64,000 bases of DNA, from assembly GCF_009914755.1 (NCBI RefSeq), contig NC_060932.1, one strand, 5' to 3'. Made by a program: the position numbers and the translations under genes. The notes beneath the pieces were generated by a model. The model made no database searches, was not told the origin of the DNA, and saw only the letters and a list, made by a program, of their open reading frames with translations. Below, piece by piece: positions 15,662 to 31,705 of the stretch (its first letter is position 1; each line of letters starts with the position of its first letter). The stretch is from the human T2T-CHM13v2.0 reference genome, Homo sapiens.

Positions 15662-16963
15662 TGTCAGTTTTCTATTTTTGTGTAACAAACTACCCCAAAA
15701 CATTATGGCTTGCAAGCAATTGTATTTGCTCATGATTCTTAGGGTCAGGAATTTGGTAAGCTCGGCTGGGTGGTGGGTCTGATCACGTGGCCTCAACTGG
15801 TGCAGCTGGGATGGAGGGTTCACTTCTATGCTGGCTTTGTCATTCTCATGTCTGGTGTGCCTTGGCCTCTCTGTCTCTGTCTTTGTAACTGTCTTTCTCT
15901 CTCTCTCTCTATGCTGTCTCACCCATTAGGGCCTCTCTGTGTGACTTGGGCTTCTCACAGCATGGTGGTCTCAGTGTGGTCATGAAACTGCCTTTGCAAA
16001 AATCATAACAGTGAAAAAATTATGACAGTGAAGGAGATCTGACCAACTCCATCTTGCCTTTAACCTCCAAAGTACCCATGGTCATTCCTGGGCATGGGCC
16101 AAACTAACTCTGGGAAAAATTTAGTGCATAGTTTAAGTAATAATAGCCCTCTTCAAACTAAACTTAAAAACTTAAAATTAATAAGTTTATTAATTTTAAA
16201 ACTCATGAAAAGACACCAGGTTAGGAGGATGAGAGGGGCCTGAATTCCCTTAAGATATAGGTATAGTTAAGTGATTACCAGCCATTATTCTGGAGGTCGC
16301 GAGATTAGCAACTTCTCCAATTATTCCTGTAAATAACATTATTATTGTAGACCTAAGGTTGGCCTTTTGAGATGTCTTTTCAGGCTTTTGCATTTTTGAT
16401 GACCAGATGGCCCTACCTGGACCAGCAACTCCTTTGTGGCCCCCACCCATAAGTGGACTCAGTGCAGGAGGACCGTTTTCCACAACACTATGATTGCAGC
16501 CCCAATCAATCAGCATTTCCTCTTCACTAGCCCCATGCCCATCAAGCAATCCTTGAAAAACTCTAGCCTCCAAAAATTCAGGGAGGCAGATTTGAATAGT
16601 AATAAAACTCTGATTTCCCTTTTAGCTGGCTCTATGTGTATTAAACTCTCTCTATTGCAATTCCTCATCTTGATAAATCAGCTGTGTTTGGGCAGTGGGC
16701 AAGATGAACCCATTGGGTTCTGACTTCCAGCTACTGACTTCCAGTGGACAGGAGGCGAATGCTGCCAGTGCTGGGGTGGTTGAGGGCTATGCCCAGAGCT
16801 GGCACAGTGTTGCTTCTGTTGGTCAGAGAAGTCATGGGGGTCTGTCCAGATTCAAGGGTATGAAGAAAGAGATTCCTCCTTGGGTTGGAAGAGAAAGGAC
16901 CCGTTGCAAATGAGCATGTGGGTTGAAAGATTGGCCATCTTTAGAAAAATCTAAGCTGTCACA
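15662..16963 (-). mobile_element. Old MLT1 (MaLR) LTR split by LTR8
   Basis: 5' part tgtgtaacaaactaccccaaaac..tgattct..gggtcaggaattt; 3' part ccagattcaaggg..gccatcttt.gaaaaat..ctgtcaca. Confidence 0.6.
15983..16719 (+). mobile_element. LTR8-family (ERV1) solo LTR
   Basis: Starts tgaaactgcctttgcaaaaatcataacagtga..ccaactccatcttgc; AATAAA at ~16601; ends gggcaagatgaacccattggg. Confidence 0.8.
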
Positions 16964-17193
16964 CTGCGCAAGTTAAAGTTGATTTAAAAAAATGTTTAGT
17001 GAGCATGATTTTCATTGGGTAGGAATATTTATCAATTGTTTTCTCCTTATACAAAATTAAAGGTTGTGTTAAACTTACCTTCTGCTTTTGGAAATAGGTA
17101 TATTTCAGAGATAAACATTTGCTATGAGTTTCCAAAACTTTTTTCTGTTTGTGTACTTGATCTTTTCATATTGTCATTGATGATGGGTATCTG

Positions 17194-17699
17194 AGTTACT
17201 GGTGGCTAATCTGTATGGGTCTGTAGCAACCTCAATTCTTGCCTCCTCAGAAGAAAGAATTCAACTGAGGGGCATAAGGCAGAAGAAGAGACCGAAGCAA
17301 GTTTTAGAGCAGGAGTGAACATTTATTAAAAAGCTTTAAAGCAGGAATGAAAAGAAAGTAAAGTACAGCTGGAAGAGGGCCAAGGGAGCATCTTGCAGGT
17401 CAAGTGTGGGGTTGCCTTTTGACTTGGGGTTTTATATGTTGGCATGCTTCTGCTGTCTTGCATCCCTTTTCCCATGGAATGCCCCCGGAAGGACATATAC
17501 CAGTTAAACTCTTTTGCCTCATAATGCTCATGCTCGAGCTCACTCGCCCAGCTCCTGAGATCTTACTGGGAAGCTGCTGATCGCCAGTTTCAGGTGTTTC
17601 CTATCACCTGATGGTCACCTGACTCTCCTGGGTGGGGGAGGTGGAGGGTGGCGGCCCTCTCCTGTCCTGTTCATGTCTGACTAGCTGCCCACTGTAACA
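17194..17699 (-). mobile_element. ERV1 solo LTR (MER50/MER83-like)
   Basis: Antisense of tgttacagtgggcagctagtcagacatgaacaggacaggagagggcc; contains cctcagaagaaagaattc.actgaggggcataaggcagaa. Confidence 0.65.
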
Positions 17700-18448
17700 A
17701 GATGATCTGTAATTTTATTTTTATTCTTTTGATTTGCTTTTTCCTTTGGAAGGAGATCTATATTTATTCAGTTTGGAGACTTGAGATGGTTTTGTCAGTG
17801 ATTGTGTTGGTTCCTGTTCTCTTACTCCCAAAGGGGAAATTTTATGTTTTTATTTATTTGGCAGTTTTATTTTCCTTGTGTAGGGATATATTCAGCTGGG
17901 AGAAGTTGTTGGAAGGCAGTTTTCCCTGAGGAATTCACTGCTTTTTTTCAAATAGTTTTTTTTAAGCCTCTGTGGGGAGGTGAGATGGGGGCACTCCCCA
18001 AGTCCCCTGCCTCCACGAGTCCCTCCCGGAGGCCAGCAGCTCTGTTTGTGAAGCCCTGGTGGAGCTGCCAAACTGCTCTCATTTGCCACCCTCCAGAGTC
18101 CCATCCTCTTCCATTTCAAGTTTGAGAACTTCCCAGATCTTTGGGGAATCACCTACTTGATTCCCACAGGGTACTTCCTTTGTGAGTATTGAACAGGGCT
18201 GTCAGTACTTTGATCCATCCCTTCACAGGCACCAAATTACACAAACATTGACTTCCTCAAAGTTTCTAGCCCATTGATACCATGCTTATTTTACCTTGAT
18301 GTGATACAGTTTTCTCCCCACTTAGTATGACTCTCTGATTCTTTCAGTGGAATTTGGGAAGGGAGGGACACTAAACATGTCAGCTTAAGTGTCATTGGCC
18401 ACTTTGTTTTTGGTTTTAGTCAACTGGTTTATTAAGAATTGCTCCAAA

Positions 18449-18553
18449 GAGAATGGCATGAACCCGGGAGGCGGAGCTTGCAGTGAGCCGAGATCACGCC
18501 ACTGCACTCCAGCCTGGGCAATAGAGCAAGACTCCATCTCAAAAAAAAAAAAA
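18449..18553 (+). mobile_element. 5'-truncated AluY (right-arm end)
   Basis: gagaatggcatgaacccgggaggcggagcttgcagtgagc; TSD aagaattgct(c/t)caaa at 18434 and 18554. Confidence 0.9.
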
Positions 18554-18635
18554 AAGAATTGCTTCAAAAATTTGATGATATTTGAAAGAGTGAATATTTT
18601 ATTTGTTATGGCTTAGAAGAGAGACAAACATCTAC

Positions 18636-18815
18636 AGCAGTAGCTCTCAATCCTGGCTGCACATGAGGATCAGCTGGAGGGGCTTGGATGAATTGCTGAT
18701 GTCCAGGGCACACCCTCAGAGGTTATGATTTGAGTGGCTTGGACTGGAACCCAGTCATCAGCTTTGAGAAAAGCTCCCTCGATGGTTTTGGTACTCAGAG
18801 TGCTGAGAACCATGG
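18636..18815. mobile_element. MER5-family hAT-Charlie MITE
   Basis: cagtagctctcaatcctggctgcacat.ag.atca.ctgg...tgagaaccatgg. Confidence 0.65.
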
Positions 18816-19124
18816 ATCATAGGGTAATGGGTGCATATCCTAACCCTGTGAGTGCCCTTGGAATGGGGAAAAAGGAGGAAAAGGAAATAGCAGGAGTAAG
18901 AGGGAAGACATCATAGATGAGAGAAAAAAGCACAGGATTTAGAACCTGTGTCTGATTCCCAGTGCCACAGTTGAATGCCTGCATAATCCTGCATTATTTT
19001 TTTGAGCCCCATTTCACTCTTTGTAAAAGAGCACTAATGTTGCCTACTTCATGGCACTGATGCAAGACAAAATTGCATGTCTGGGAAAGCAAGTGTTTGT
19101 TATTATTTTTAAAAACTAGGGTTT

Positions 19125-19492
19125 TGTAGTGGCATTTAAGTATAGGATCTTGAGATGAGATTATCTTGGTTTTAGGGTGGGTCTAAATCCAACGACTGAT
19201 ATCCCTATCAGTCAGAGACTGGAACTGGCAAACAGACACACAGACACACAGAGGAACAGGTCAGGTGAAGATGGAGGCAGAGGTTGGAGTTATGCTGCCA
19301 CAAGACAAAAATTTCCTGGAGCCCCCAGATGCAGGAAGAGGCAAGGCAGTATCTGGAGCTTCAAAGGGACCATGGCCCTGCTGACACCTTAATTTTGGAC
19401 TTCTGGTCTCTAAAACTGTGAGAACATAATTTCTTGTTTTGAGCTGCCAAGTTCGTGTTAATTTTTTATGACAGCTCTAGAAAACTAAGACA
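19125..19492 (+). mobile_element. MLT1B/C MaLR LTR (5'-truncated)
   Basis: gaagatggaggcagaggttggagttatgctgccacaag..ccctgctgacacctt.attttggacttctgg..aaactaagaca. Confidence 0.75.
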
Positions 19493-20026
19493 TCCTTCCT
19501 CACCCCCTCTTCCTGCATTGTCTTCTTCCTCTTTCACATTAATTATAATATTTAAGAAATAATTATTGTTCTTAAGAGGGAGCTAGTTGTGCTGGAGTAA
19601 AGAACCCATGTCCCAGCAGAACTTAAATGATGTGAAAGTTAAATGGTCAAGGAGGACCATAAGATGGAGATGCCACAAGCCACCAGGAGCCAAGAGCTAA
19701 GTGAAGAGTACATACAATAAGTACAAGGAGGCCGGGGGCTTCTCTGCCCTGAGACCCAATGTTTCTCTTGATCAAACTTTCCTTAATTTTGAAAACTCGT
19801 TTTCTCTTTTGATTCCCTAGAAGAGGTACCTCATTGAGTGCCATCACTTTGATCTTTCAATTCTGACCTTCTAGCTTTAAATTTTTTTTCAATTCAAGTT
19901 ACCAGCATATTTCATACTTTTCCTGCCTCCTAAAGGAATTTTTAAAGAATATCTGTGACTTAAAGATGGCAGACAAAAGTCACTGGGTTGTTTAATCCCT
20001 GATGAGAGACTATGAAAAAGTGATGA

Positions 20027-20308
<282 letters not shown>

Positions 20309-20329
20309 TAAGCACTACTGGGTAATGTC

Positions 20330-22660
<2,331 letters not shown>

Positions 22661-22849
22661 CAAGCAAACTAAAACCATTCCAAACTGTTTCAGAATATCT
22701 TCTAATGGTTTTATTAGTGGATTCTCACAATCCAGCCTGTGTGAGAGGAGTCACCTACATACTCTATATTTTGACAACTTGAAAAATTTAGCTGTGAGGT
22801 AGCACATTGAGCTAGTTTTACAAGGCCAAGTGTAGACCTTATGTTAAAG

Positions 22850-23020
22850 AAAGAACATAACAGAGTGGAGAGAGCATTGGACTAGAAGCCAGTAGGACTG
22901 GGTTCTAGTTGCCTGAGTTATTTGTGCTAGCAAGCCAGGTGACATTGAACAACTCTGTTTTCTTATCTATAAAGGGGGGTTGTTGAACTAGACAGTCTCA
23001 AAGGTCCCTTCCAGTCAGAA
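22850..23020 (+). mobile_element. MIR/MIR3
   Basis: agagcattggactagaag.cag..ctgggttctagt..ttcttatctataaa..gaactaga..tctc.aaggtcccttccag. Confidence 0.6.
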
Positions 23021-24186
23021 GATGAGCATCAAGGTTTGCACACAGCTCCCCTCGATGGGGCCTGCCCTCTGAATTGAAGAGTCTGTGTAACCAAGACCTC
23101 TTTCTACTCATTTCCAGCACAGATGAGCACTCTCTGAGGCTAATTTTAAAAGAGACAAAAATATCACATGGCTGGAGGGAACCTTGAGAAATGACTTAGT
23201 AGAAGAGCAACAACATCTGCAGCAATACTGATTCCTCCTGTCTAATGGAGAGTTTCAGAATTATCTCTAGAGGCATCCCTCCCGGTATCTGCTTTGAGTC
23301 TTGAGTTAGGTAAGGCAGACATTCAACTGAAGTAAACAACTGTGTATTGAGGGTTTTGTGTGTGTGCCAGGCAATGTGCTCAAATCTGCACACAGAAAAA
23401 TAAGAGCGAGTCCTGCATTTAAGGAGCCCACATGGTCCACCAACCCCAGGTGAGGAAGTGGTGCTTAGAAAGACAGTTTTGTGAATAAAATTACACAAGA
23501 AGAGTTGTAGCTGGGGTGGGAAGGCAGGTCTGATTTCTAGGGAGAGGTTGTCACACTGTCAGCCTGCCTGGGTTCAACCCATGCACCCTTTTCATGAGGT
23601 CCAGAAGAGGTGATTGTAGAACTCTTTTGGAAAATAAACTCTGGTCCAGTGCACTTTACTATAGGGATTTTGTTCTAATCACTATCAGGTCGAAGTTAAC
23701 ACTTACTTCCTCTTGTTCTATTTAATTGAAAAAGACATGATCTCTGCCCTTTTTCACTTCTGGTCAACAGCGTAAGTTCCTCATTCAACACTTTGTAGAA
23801 GACATAAATACAACACCCTTGGGGCAGGATGAGAGGCTTAGGAGGGAGAAGTAGAACTGCTGACCCAAGCCCTGTGAGATCTTCAGGGCTCAAGAACTGC
23901 ACAAGTTCTAATGGCCAGGTTTGCAAAGCGTGTATTTTATTCATCTAGAGGCAAACAAACAGTCCTGTGTCCTCTTCTAGGTCTTGGGGAAAACTTATAA
24001 GGCTTTGCCTTTTCTTTAACCATTACCTCAATCCTTAACTAATTATTTTAATGGGCTTTGGCATGGATGTGTATTTAATTTAATTTGGTATCAATCTTGT
24101 CACATCTTTGAAAGCATTTTATGTCTCTATGTCATAAGACTCAGGGCTAGAATTGTATGGTCAATAAAGAATTAAGCATAGAAACG

Positions 24187-24940
24187 GTAGTGGGTTCAAT
24201 GCTGGCCCCAAAGATATCAGGTTCTAATTCCTGGAACCCATAAATGTTACTTTATTTGGAAAAAGGGGCCGGGTGGGATAGCTCACACCTGTAATCCCAG
24301 CACTTTGGGTGGCCAAGGCTGGCGGATCACCTGAGGTCAGGATTTTGAGACCAGCTTGGCCAACATGGTGAAACCTCGCCTCCACTAAAAATACAAAAAT
24401 TAGCTGGTATGGTGGCACATGCCTGTAATCCCTGCTACTGGGGAGGCTGAGGCATGAGAAATTGCTTGAACTCGGGAGGTGGAGGTTGCAGTGAGCCGTG
24501 ATTGCACCACTGCACTCCAGCCTGGGTGACAGAGTGAGACCCCATCTCAAAAAAAGAAAAAGAGAAAGGGTCTTTGCAGATGTGATTAAATTAAGGACCT
24601 TGAGATGAGATCATCCTTTTGATGGACCTTAAATGCCCATCAAAAAGACTCAAGAAAGCACCCTCATAAGAGAGAGGCAGAGGGAGAGGACACACAGAAG
24701 AGGAGGAGGCCATGTGGGTACAGAGGCGGAGACTGGAGTGACACGGCCACAGGGGGAGGGATGCAGAAACCACCAGCAGCTGGAAGAGGCTGGGGATGGC
24801 TTCTCTAGAGCCTCCAAATGGAGGAGGGCCCTTAATTTCAGCCCAGTGATGCTGATGTTGAATTTAAGAGAATATATTTCTGTTGTTTGAAGCCACCAAG
24901 TTTGTAGTAATAGTTGCAGCAGCCACAGGAAATTAACACA
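24187..24940 (+). mobile_element. MLT1B/C/D MaLR LTR split by Alu
   Basis: gtagtgggtt.aat..ccccaaagatat..gttactttatttggaaaaagg | gtctttgcagatgtgattaaattaagga.cttgagatg..gcagccacaggaaattaacaca. Confidence 0.8.
24267..24562 (+). mobile_element. AluS (Sx-like)
   Basis: Full dimer inside the MLT1 LTR. Confidence 0.92.
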
Positions 24941-24974
24941 GGAACAAAAAACTTAGGTCCCTACTGTTAGAGCC

Positions 24975-25085
24975 ATCTGGCAAAGCCTATGGATTCCTTC
25001 TCAGAACAATGGTTTTAAATCACACAATAAAATACATAGGAGTATGCCACAAGCCAAATATATTGAAATACAGATGCTAGAACAT
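24975..25085. mobile_element. hAT-Charlie fragment (MER119-like)
   Basis: aagcctatgga..ccttctcagaa.aatg.ttttaaat..aataaaatacatagga..tatattgaaatacag. Confidence 0.45.
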
Positions 25086-26553
25086 AAGAAAATGAATTTA
25101 TGTAGCTTTGAGCACATGAATCAAGACGGTGCATTTCACATACAGGCAAGTTAAAGATGATTTTATTTGTGAAAGATATCAGCATGTTTCAAAACAGGCT
25201 GCTGCTCAGCTTGACTCAGCACACTGAACTGTGTGGAGTGGCCTGCAGGAAGAAACGTGGGGATCACGTGTTGTCCACGGAGGGGACTCATACTCGCTGT
25301 TGCTTTGCAGGCATGAAGATAGTAGACAGTGTTCCAGGATAGTTATAGTAACTGCAATGTCATTGTGCAAATATCTGGTGTTCCCTGGTGGCTAAGATCT
25401 GGGGTTTGCTGATGCTCTGTGGTTTGTTCTATATTCATAATTGGAGGAGATGCTAAATTTTAGTTCATGAACCTCTGAGTGGCAGAAAGTACAGAGGAAC
25501 AGCAGCTTGAGCGGCCAGGGTGGGTGTGGAGTCCTGTCTGCCGGGAGGCCGAGGATGGCAAGACTTGGTGTTTGTAAGGATGGAGGCCTGTGCAAGAGCG
25601 GGACCCCTCATGAGGGCACCCTGCGAAGCAGGAGGCGCGACGAATTAGATGGGGTGTCAGGCTGACTGTGAAATATGACAGATTAACAGCCAAGGCTGGT
25701 GGTGTGACCTGCTTTCAGACACTTCATTTAGAAGTTATCATTTTGCTGGATGCTTCCTATAATTTGTGATGATGCTGATTGTGATAAATCATGAGTTTCT
25801 GGCAAACTCCGCCAGCCTGCTCCAATGGCTGAACAGAGAAAATGTGTAATTCTGTGGGAACATTCATGCCACGAATGAGAGCAAGGGTCTGGCCGTAACA
25901 ACAGAATGCTCAGTCAGTGAACAAAGTAATTAAATCAAGCTAATTAAATCACAATAAAAATAATTTTAATTTAATTAATTTCTTTGCACTGATTGAACAT
26001 TATGTTGAAACCAAGAGGCTTTCTGAACACTAATAGAATTTAGGAGCTGGGACACCAAAGTTGTGGTCACTGGTGTGGTACGTGGGTTATTGTTGAGGGA
26101 ATGAAATTAAATACATTTAACCAGATGCTGGAATGTTGACTGAAGCACAAATAGAAAATGATTTTGGAATCAAGATAATAGGGTCTCTTCCTTTCTCAGT
26201 TAGATTTCTGTACTAACTGGGCCAATAAATGTCAAATTTGGTAATCCTTTAAAAGGCCTATGTAAAGTAGACAGCATATAATTGCCTCACTGTGCTGGAA
26301 TTGGTGAGAACCTTTAGGTCAGGATCTTGGTGGTGAGTGGAAGTTCTAGGACACTTGCCTATTGTCACCACTGCCCCCAGCCCCTGATACCTAATAAAGA
26401 CCCTAGAAGCCTTAGAACTGGAATCCTTGACTAAATAAGTGGCAGTGAGGTTTTTAACTGCAGCCTGAAAGATCTAGGTGAGGCATCTAGAAGAACTTCC
26501 TGTCTGGGACAGATATTACCCAATAACCAGTTACTACTCCTTGAAAATGTGAT

Positions 26554-26713
26554 GCTGGGCATGGTGGCTCATGCCTGTAATCCCCAGTGACTCAGGAGGC
26601 TGAGACGGGAGGATGGCTTGAGACAAGGAGTTTAAGGCTGCAGTGAACCACAGTCACATCCACTGTACTTAGCCTGGGTGACAGAGTAAGAACTTGATTC
26701 AAAAAACAAACAA
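26554..26713 (+). mobile_element. Free Alu monomer (FAM/FRAM-like)
   Basis: gctgggcatggtggctcatgcctgtaatc..ggaggatggcttgag..aggctgcagtga..cctgggtgacagag plus A-rich tail. Confidence 0.8.
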
Positions 26714-28054
26714 ACCCCCCACACCCCAAACTGAATCATGCTCTGCCTACCCCATCCCCAGGGCTAAGCAGAAAGACTTACGCTAGCTGGTACTCATATA
26801 ATTATTATTAAATTGAATTATTGAGGTCTCTTAAGGAATTTCTTCCCTGAGGGCTTGAAAATTAGGATGGATACTCTGTTTCCGGGGATATTTAAACATC
26901 GTACAGTCTATGAGCAGGAGGATGCTCACACAAGACACCTCTCAAGGTCACCTCTCTGAGACTAATTTTGTCACATAAGCAACACTGGAATTCTGAGTGT
27001 GTGTTAGCAGGCGCTCACATAATTACCAACTGCGATTTCAGAGGAGTTCTGTGCTTTGGATCTCAATATTATTTATCATGCACGTTATTTTAATTAATAT
27101 GTTGTATGTGTGCCAACATTTGAACCAGACCTCATTATGAGTATTCGGGGCACTGCATTGTTTGTTGAGTGGAATTGTTTTCCGGGATGCAGCTGGTTTC
27201 CCTCCCCAGCAGCCAGGGAGGGCAAGGGAACCAAGGAGCCAGCATTTTCAAAAAGCCTTTGCTGCCACAGAGGTTTTCAATGATCATCTGTCCTAGACAC
27301 TAACCAGCAAGGAATTATTTCTCCATCCAAAGGATAGGGTGTGAGGTGCCCCCAGGGAAGACTCTGGAAGCTCAGTGAGGTTTTGCAGGGAGAAGGGAGG
27401 GAGCATCAAGGTTTATGATGTCTGAGTGCTGCACCCAGTCCCAGGAAAGAAGCATATCCAGGTGCCTTGGCAGAGGGAATTGGCACCTTTGCTGTGTTGT
27501 CTGCTGTTACGTAATTGTGCACACAGTGTGAAATCCGTGGAAGCACAATGACCATGAGCTGCAGCTGGCAGTTCATCTCTGCCTGAACAATAACCAGAGA
27601 CCCCCACTTCCTCCTAAAGCCTGGTAGGACTTTTGGGCAGGTCTTCCTTTTCCTGGTAGAGCTACCCTCCCACAGCCCCCACCAACACCTGCCCTGCCCT
27701 GAGGTTCAGAACATGAACATTTTCCAGAAGAAGGATTTTCCTTTTTGGAAAGGAGAACTTCTGGCTTGACCTGCATTCCAGCCAGTTGGGTTGGCTGCAG
27801 CCCCAGCCTAGCCTGTACCCTGACCCTGCCCCCAGCACCTCCTGGGTCCCTCCCTCCCCTGCTCCTTCCTCACCAGTGGGAAAGGGTGGTGAGGATGACC
27901 CTGGAGGAATCACTTTCTCCCTAGGATATCTTTCTCATTCCAGCACCTGCTTTCCACCTGTGTGTAGCTTCTTGTCCCAGTATTTGCTAATGAGAATTAA
28001 GACCCTATTGTCTTTAACTGCTTGTCCTCACTTACAAAGAGTCAAAAGGTCTAG

Positions 28055-28390
<336 letters not shown>

Positions 28391-28454
28391 CATAAAGTCT
28401 AGTTCTATTCACACCATTAAAAATGCTTCAACTAATACTACCTTTCATCCAAGG

Positions 28455-28640
28455 TCAAATATGTGCCCAGCAGTGTGCTAAGCATGGTACCCAGATCATC
28501 ACATTTAATTTTCCTAGGGACTCTATGAGGTAGGTGCTATTTTTATTTTCTTCTTGTAGATGAGGAAATGGTGGCTTCAGAAGTTAAATAACTTCCCCTA
28601 GGTCACAGCTAGGAAGTGACAGAGCTGCTCCTGGAATAGA
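28455..28640 (-). mobile_element. MIR
   Basis: tatgaggtaggtgctatt..gatgaggaaa..gttaaataactt.ccc.aggtcacagctaggaagtg.cagagc. Confidence 0.7.
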
Positions 28641-30737
28641 GGTTCCTTTCTTTCCCAAATCCCTCCTCTTAACCCCCTTGCTGCCTCTGGAATGAATCAG
28701 TGGTGGAGAAATAGTCTGTAAGTGTTCTGTAAGCCTCTCAACACAGCGCTGCCCACCCATACACATGAGTTCATTTGCACCCTTTGCCCAAGCGAAGTCC
28801 TCTCCAAATCCTCTTTTCCAACCCTGAAAGCTATTTTACAGAAGGAAGATTTCGGACCAACTAAGAATGTTAAGGCTATTTTTTCTTCTCTCAGAAAGTC
28901 AATTAACTACACACTGTGCATCTATATTGGTCCAAGGATTCTGTCACGGGAGGAAATCTCTTTAAAAGGTTCGACTCAGAGACCTCAGGACACCTCCAAC
29001 ATGGGGCTTTCAATCCGCTGTGAGTCCCCAGCTTCTGTGCATGCCCAATGTCCACGGCACACAGCTGTGCCAGACCCTGCTGTCGGGATAACTGGCACCA
29101 GCCACGGGCAATAGATGACCTCAATCTACCAGCCTGAGAGCTCCACCTTGATCGCCACTGGTCCTCCTCTTTGATCTCTTTCTCTCTTTCTGCTCATTGT
29201 TTCTCTTTTTCCCTCCAAATGGACTTTGTCCACTCTGGTTCCCATCCTTGTGCCAGCCCCTCCCTTTCCTGTCATCTTGACTCTGTGCAGTTGGCTCCAC
29301 ACTACGCTCGTTCAGGTGGCCTTTGCCTGCCTCATAATTCTCTGCTGAAACAGAGTAATAATAAAAAACCCAAGAAAAGAAAATATTTACCAGTTCTGAA
29401 ATGGCTTGAATTAATGAAATAATGTTTTGGGGCATTTAGATTGAACCCGTGTAATTGTAGGTTGCAAAGTATAATAGTAGCTCATGCAGGGATATCATTT
29501 TGTGCTATTTTACTTTCAGGTTTTTGTTAATCCAGTGGGTTTGGTGGAATTAGAGGGCTGCTGTGAAAAAAAAAAAAAAAAAGCCTGAGCAACCTGCTGG
29601 CGAGAGAACAGCTTTGTCAAACTAGCAGGTAGCTGCACGTTTAGCCTTTATCCGGCATACAATAAGGGCAATCACCAGGGCCTGTAGAAAGAGTATTGAA
29701 CTGTCGACACAGGACATTTTTGTTGAAAGTAGTCCTTTTGATTTCATCTTCCCAGACTAATGTAATAAAAACAGACATTATGGAACACATTCATCTCAGT
29801 TTGATAGGGACCATCCTGAATACCCAGCAATGTGTGCAGTCATAAAGGTTATCCAACTGCTGTAAGTAACTTGGAAGACGATTGTAGATGCAAAGGTTAT
29901 GAAAACCTCTTCCTAGATAAGGATGGACAGCTGTCACAGGGGCAGGCCAGTGTGCAGATAGACTTGCCACTTTGTTTCTACTAGAATGTTAAACTTTGAA
30001 AAGATTCTAAATTTCAGCCACAAGCCCATTTTCTCTAATTAACAAAACCTTGAGTAGTTATCTCCAAGGAAGAAGAAAGGAAAACAAAGTGAAGAATCTT
30101 GAACTTATTTTTGCTGATCGGATGGCTGTTTCTATGGAAACAGAAACAGAGGCAGGAACCAGCCATGAACAGCCAGGGTCAGAGGCCTGGCTTGTGTCAG
30201 CTTCTCCCACTCTCTATATTCCCGAATTCCATACTCTTTGACTTTTGGAGTTTATGACCTCAGTGGGGACCATTTGCAAAGCAAAGAGCTTCACATAACT
30301 TAAGAACTTAGGAGTTTTCTCTCAAACAAAAAGCTCGCAGGAATTGAGCCAACTCTGGAACTGCGGAAGATTAGAATTTATGTAACCTTCTGATTTCTTT
30401 AACTACCTGAAGCGTTCCAAATTTGTTGTTAACATGGTAAACATTACTCCCAACATTTATGTATATGCTTGCTAAGGTGCTATTTTTCATGCACTCACTA
30501 AAGGGCACTGAAAGGAACTGCTTATCCTCCATCAATTATATCCTGCCATAAGCTTATGGGTAACATCGTACTGGGCATTAGAATGAGAACAGGTGGGTAA
30601 TTGCAGATTGAATTTGAAACAATATAGTAGTATCATTCCTCAAACTGAATAAGAGGCATGACTTGATATTTCTTTGAGACTAGAAAGGCTTATGTGTCAT
30701 TGTACTCATCATTGCTGTTGAGTTCACTGTAGTTTAA

Positions 30738-31100
30738 CCTATTCATTTGCTCATGCATTCATTCAGTAAGCTGCCATTGAGTAGCCACTGTGTGCTAGGT
30801 ATCAGATTCTGGGAGTTCAGACAGAAGACACAGTCCCTGCTCTCAGGCAAATGACAGTCCAGAGGCATTTCTAAGACAAAGCAGATGATTACAATGGAAC
30901 GTGATGAGCGCTGTGATAGGGAGATGCCCAGGGTACTGGAGGAGCCGGGAGGGGAGCCACATACCCAGCTTTGTGTGTGTGCATGCTCATGTGTCTGGAA
31001 GTGCATAGTTAAGAGTGGCTTCCTGATGGAAATGATGTCTAAAATAAATCTTGAAGGATAAATAGAAGCTAGAAAATGAAATGGAAATGGGTTACATTGC
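30738..31100 (-). mobile_element. L2 3' end
   Basis: cattcattcagtaa..attgag...cactgtgtgctagg..agacacagtccctgctctca. Confidence 0.65.
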
Positions 31101-31349
31101 AGACAATAGCAAATGACATCCCAAGAACTACCAGTCACTCTGTGAGAGCTACGGTTACTTGAGTTGTGATGGTTGAGTCTGGAGAGATTGGCAGTGCTCT
31201 TGAGTTTTATGCTAAGTTGCCTGTTTGTTGGAGGAAGGAAGGAAGGAAAGAAGGAATGATAGCAGGGAGTCACTGAAGAATAGGAAAGGATCTAAGATTT
31301 ACTTTCTGCTTGGGCCTGCTGATTTAAAAAAATAAATGATATCTTTCAA

Positions 31350-31490
31350 TAGTTAACCTCTGAACCTCCATTTCCTCATTTATGAAAAAAATGTATCCTT
31401 ACTTTACAGGGATGTTATGAGGGTTAAATGAGATACTGATATCAGGCACTGAGCACAGTTCCTGACACTTCATTCATGCCCAGTAACAAT
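31350..31490 (+). mobile_element. MIR
   Basis: ttaacctctgaacctccatttcctcattt.t.aaa..gttatgagggttaaatgagata. Confidence 0.65.
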
Positions 31491-31549
31491 GGTCATCATT
31501 ATCATGATAAGCATGGAGGAAAGAGGATGTAATAAAAGTGCCAATGAGA

Positions 31550-31705
31550 GCCAGTGTGGTGGCTCGAGCCTGTAGTCCCAGCTACTCAGAGGCTGAGGCA
31601 GGAGGATTGCTTGAGCCAGGAGTTCAAGACTACAGTGAACCATGATCATGCCCTCCAGCCTGGTGATAGAGCAAGACCAAATCTCTTAAAAAAACTTAAC
31701 AAATA
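31550..31705 (+). mobile_element. Free Alu monomer (FAM/FRAM-like)
   Basis: Monomer with TSD aataaaagtgc(ca/ta)(a/g)tgaga at ~31531 and ~31706. Confidence 0.8.
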
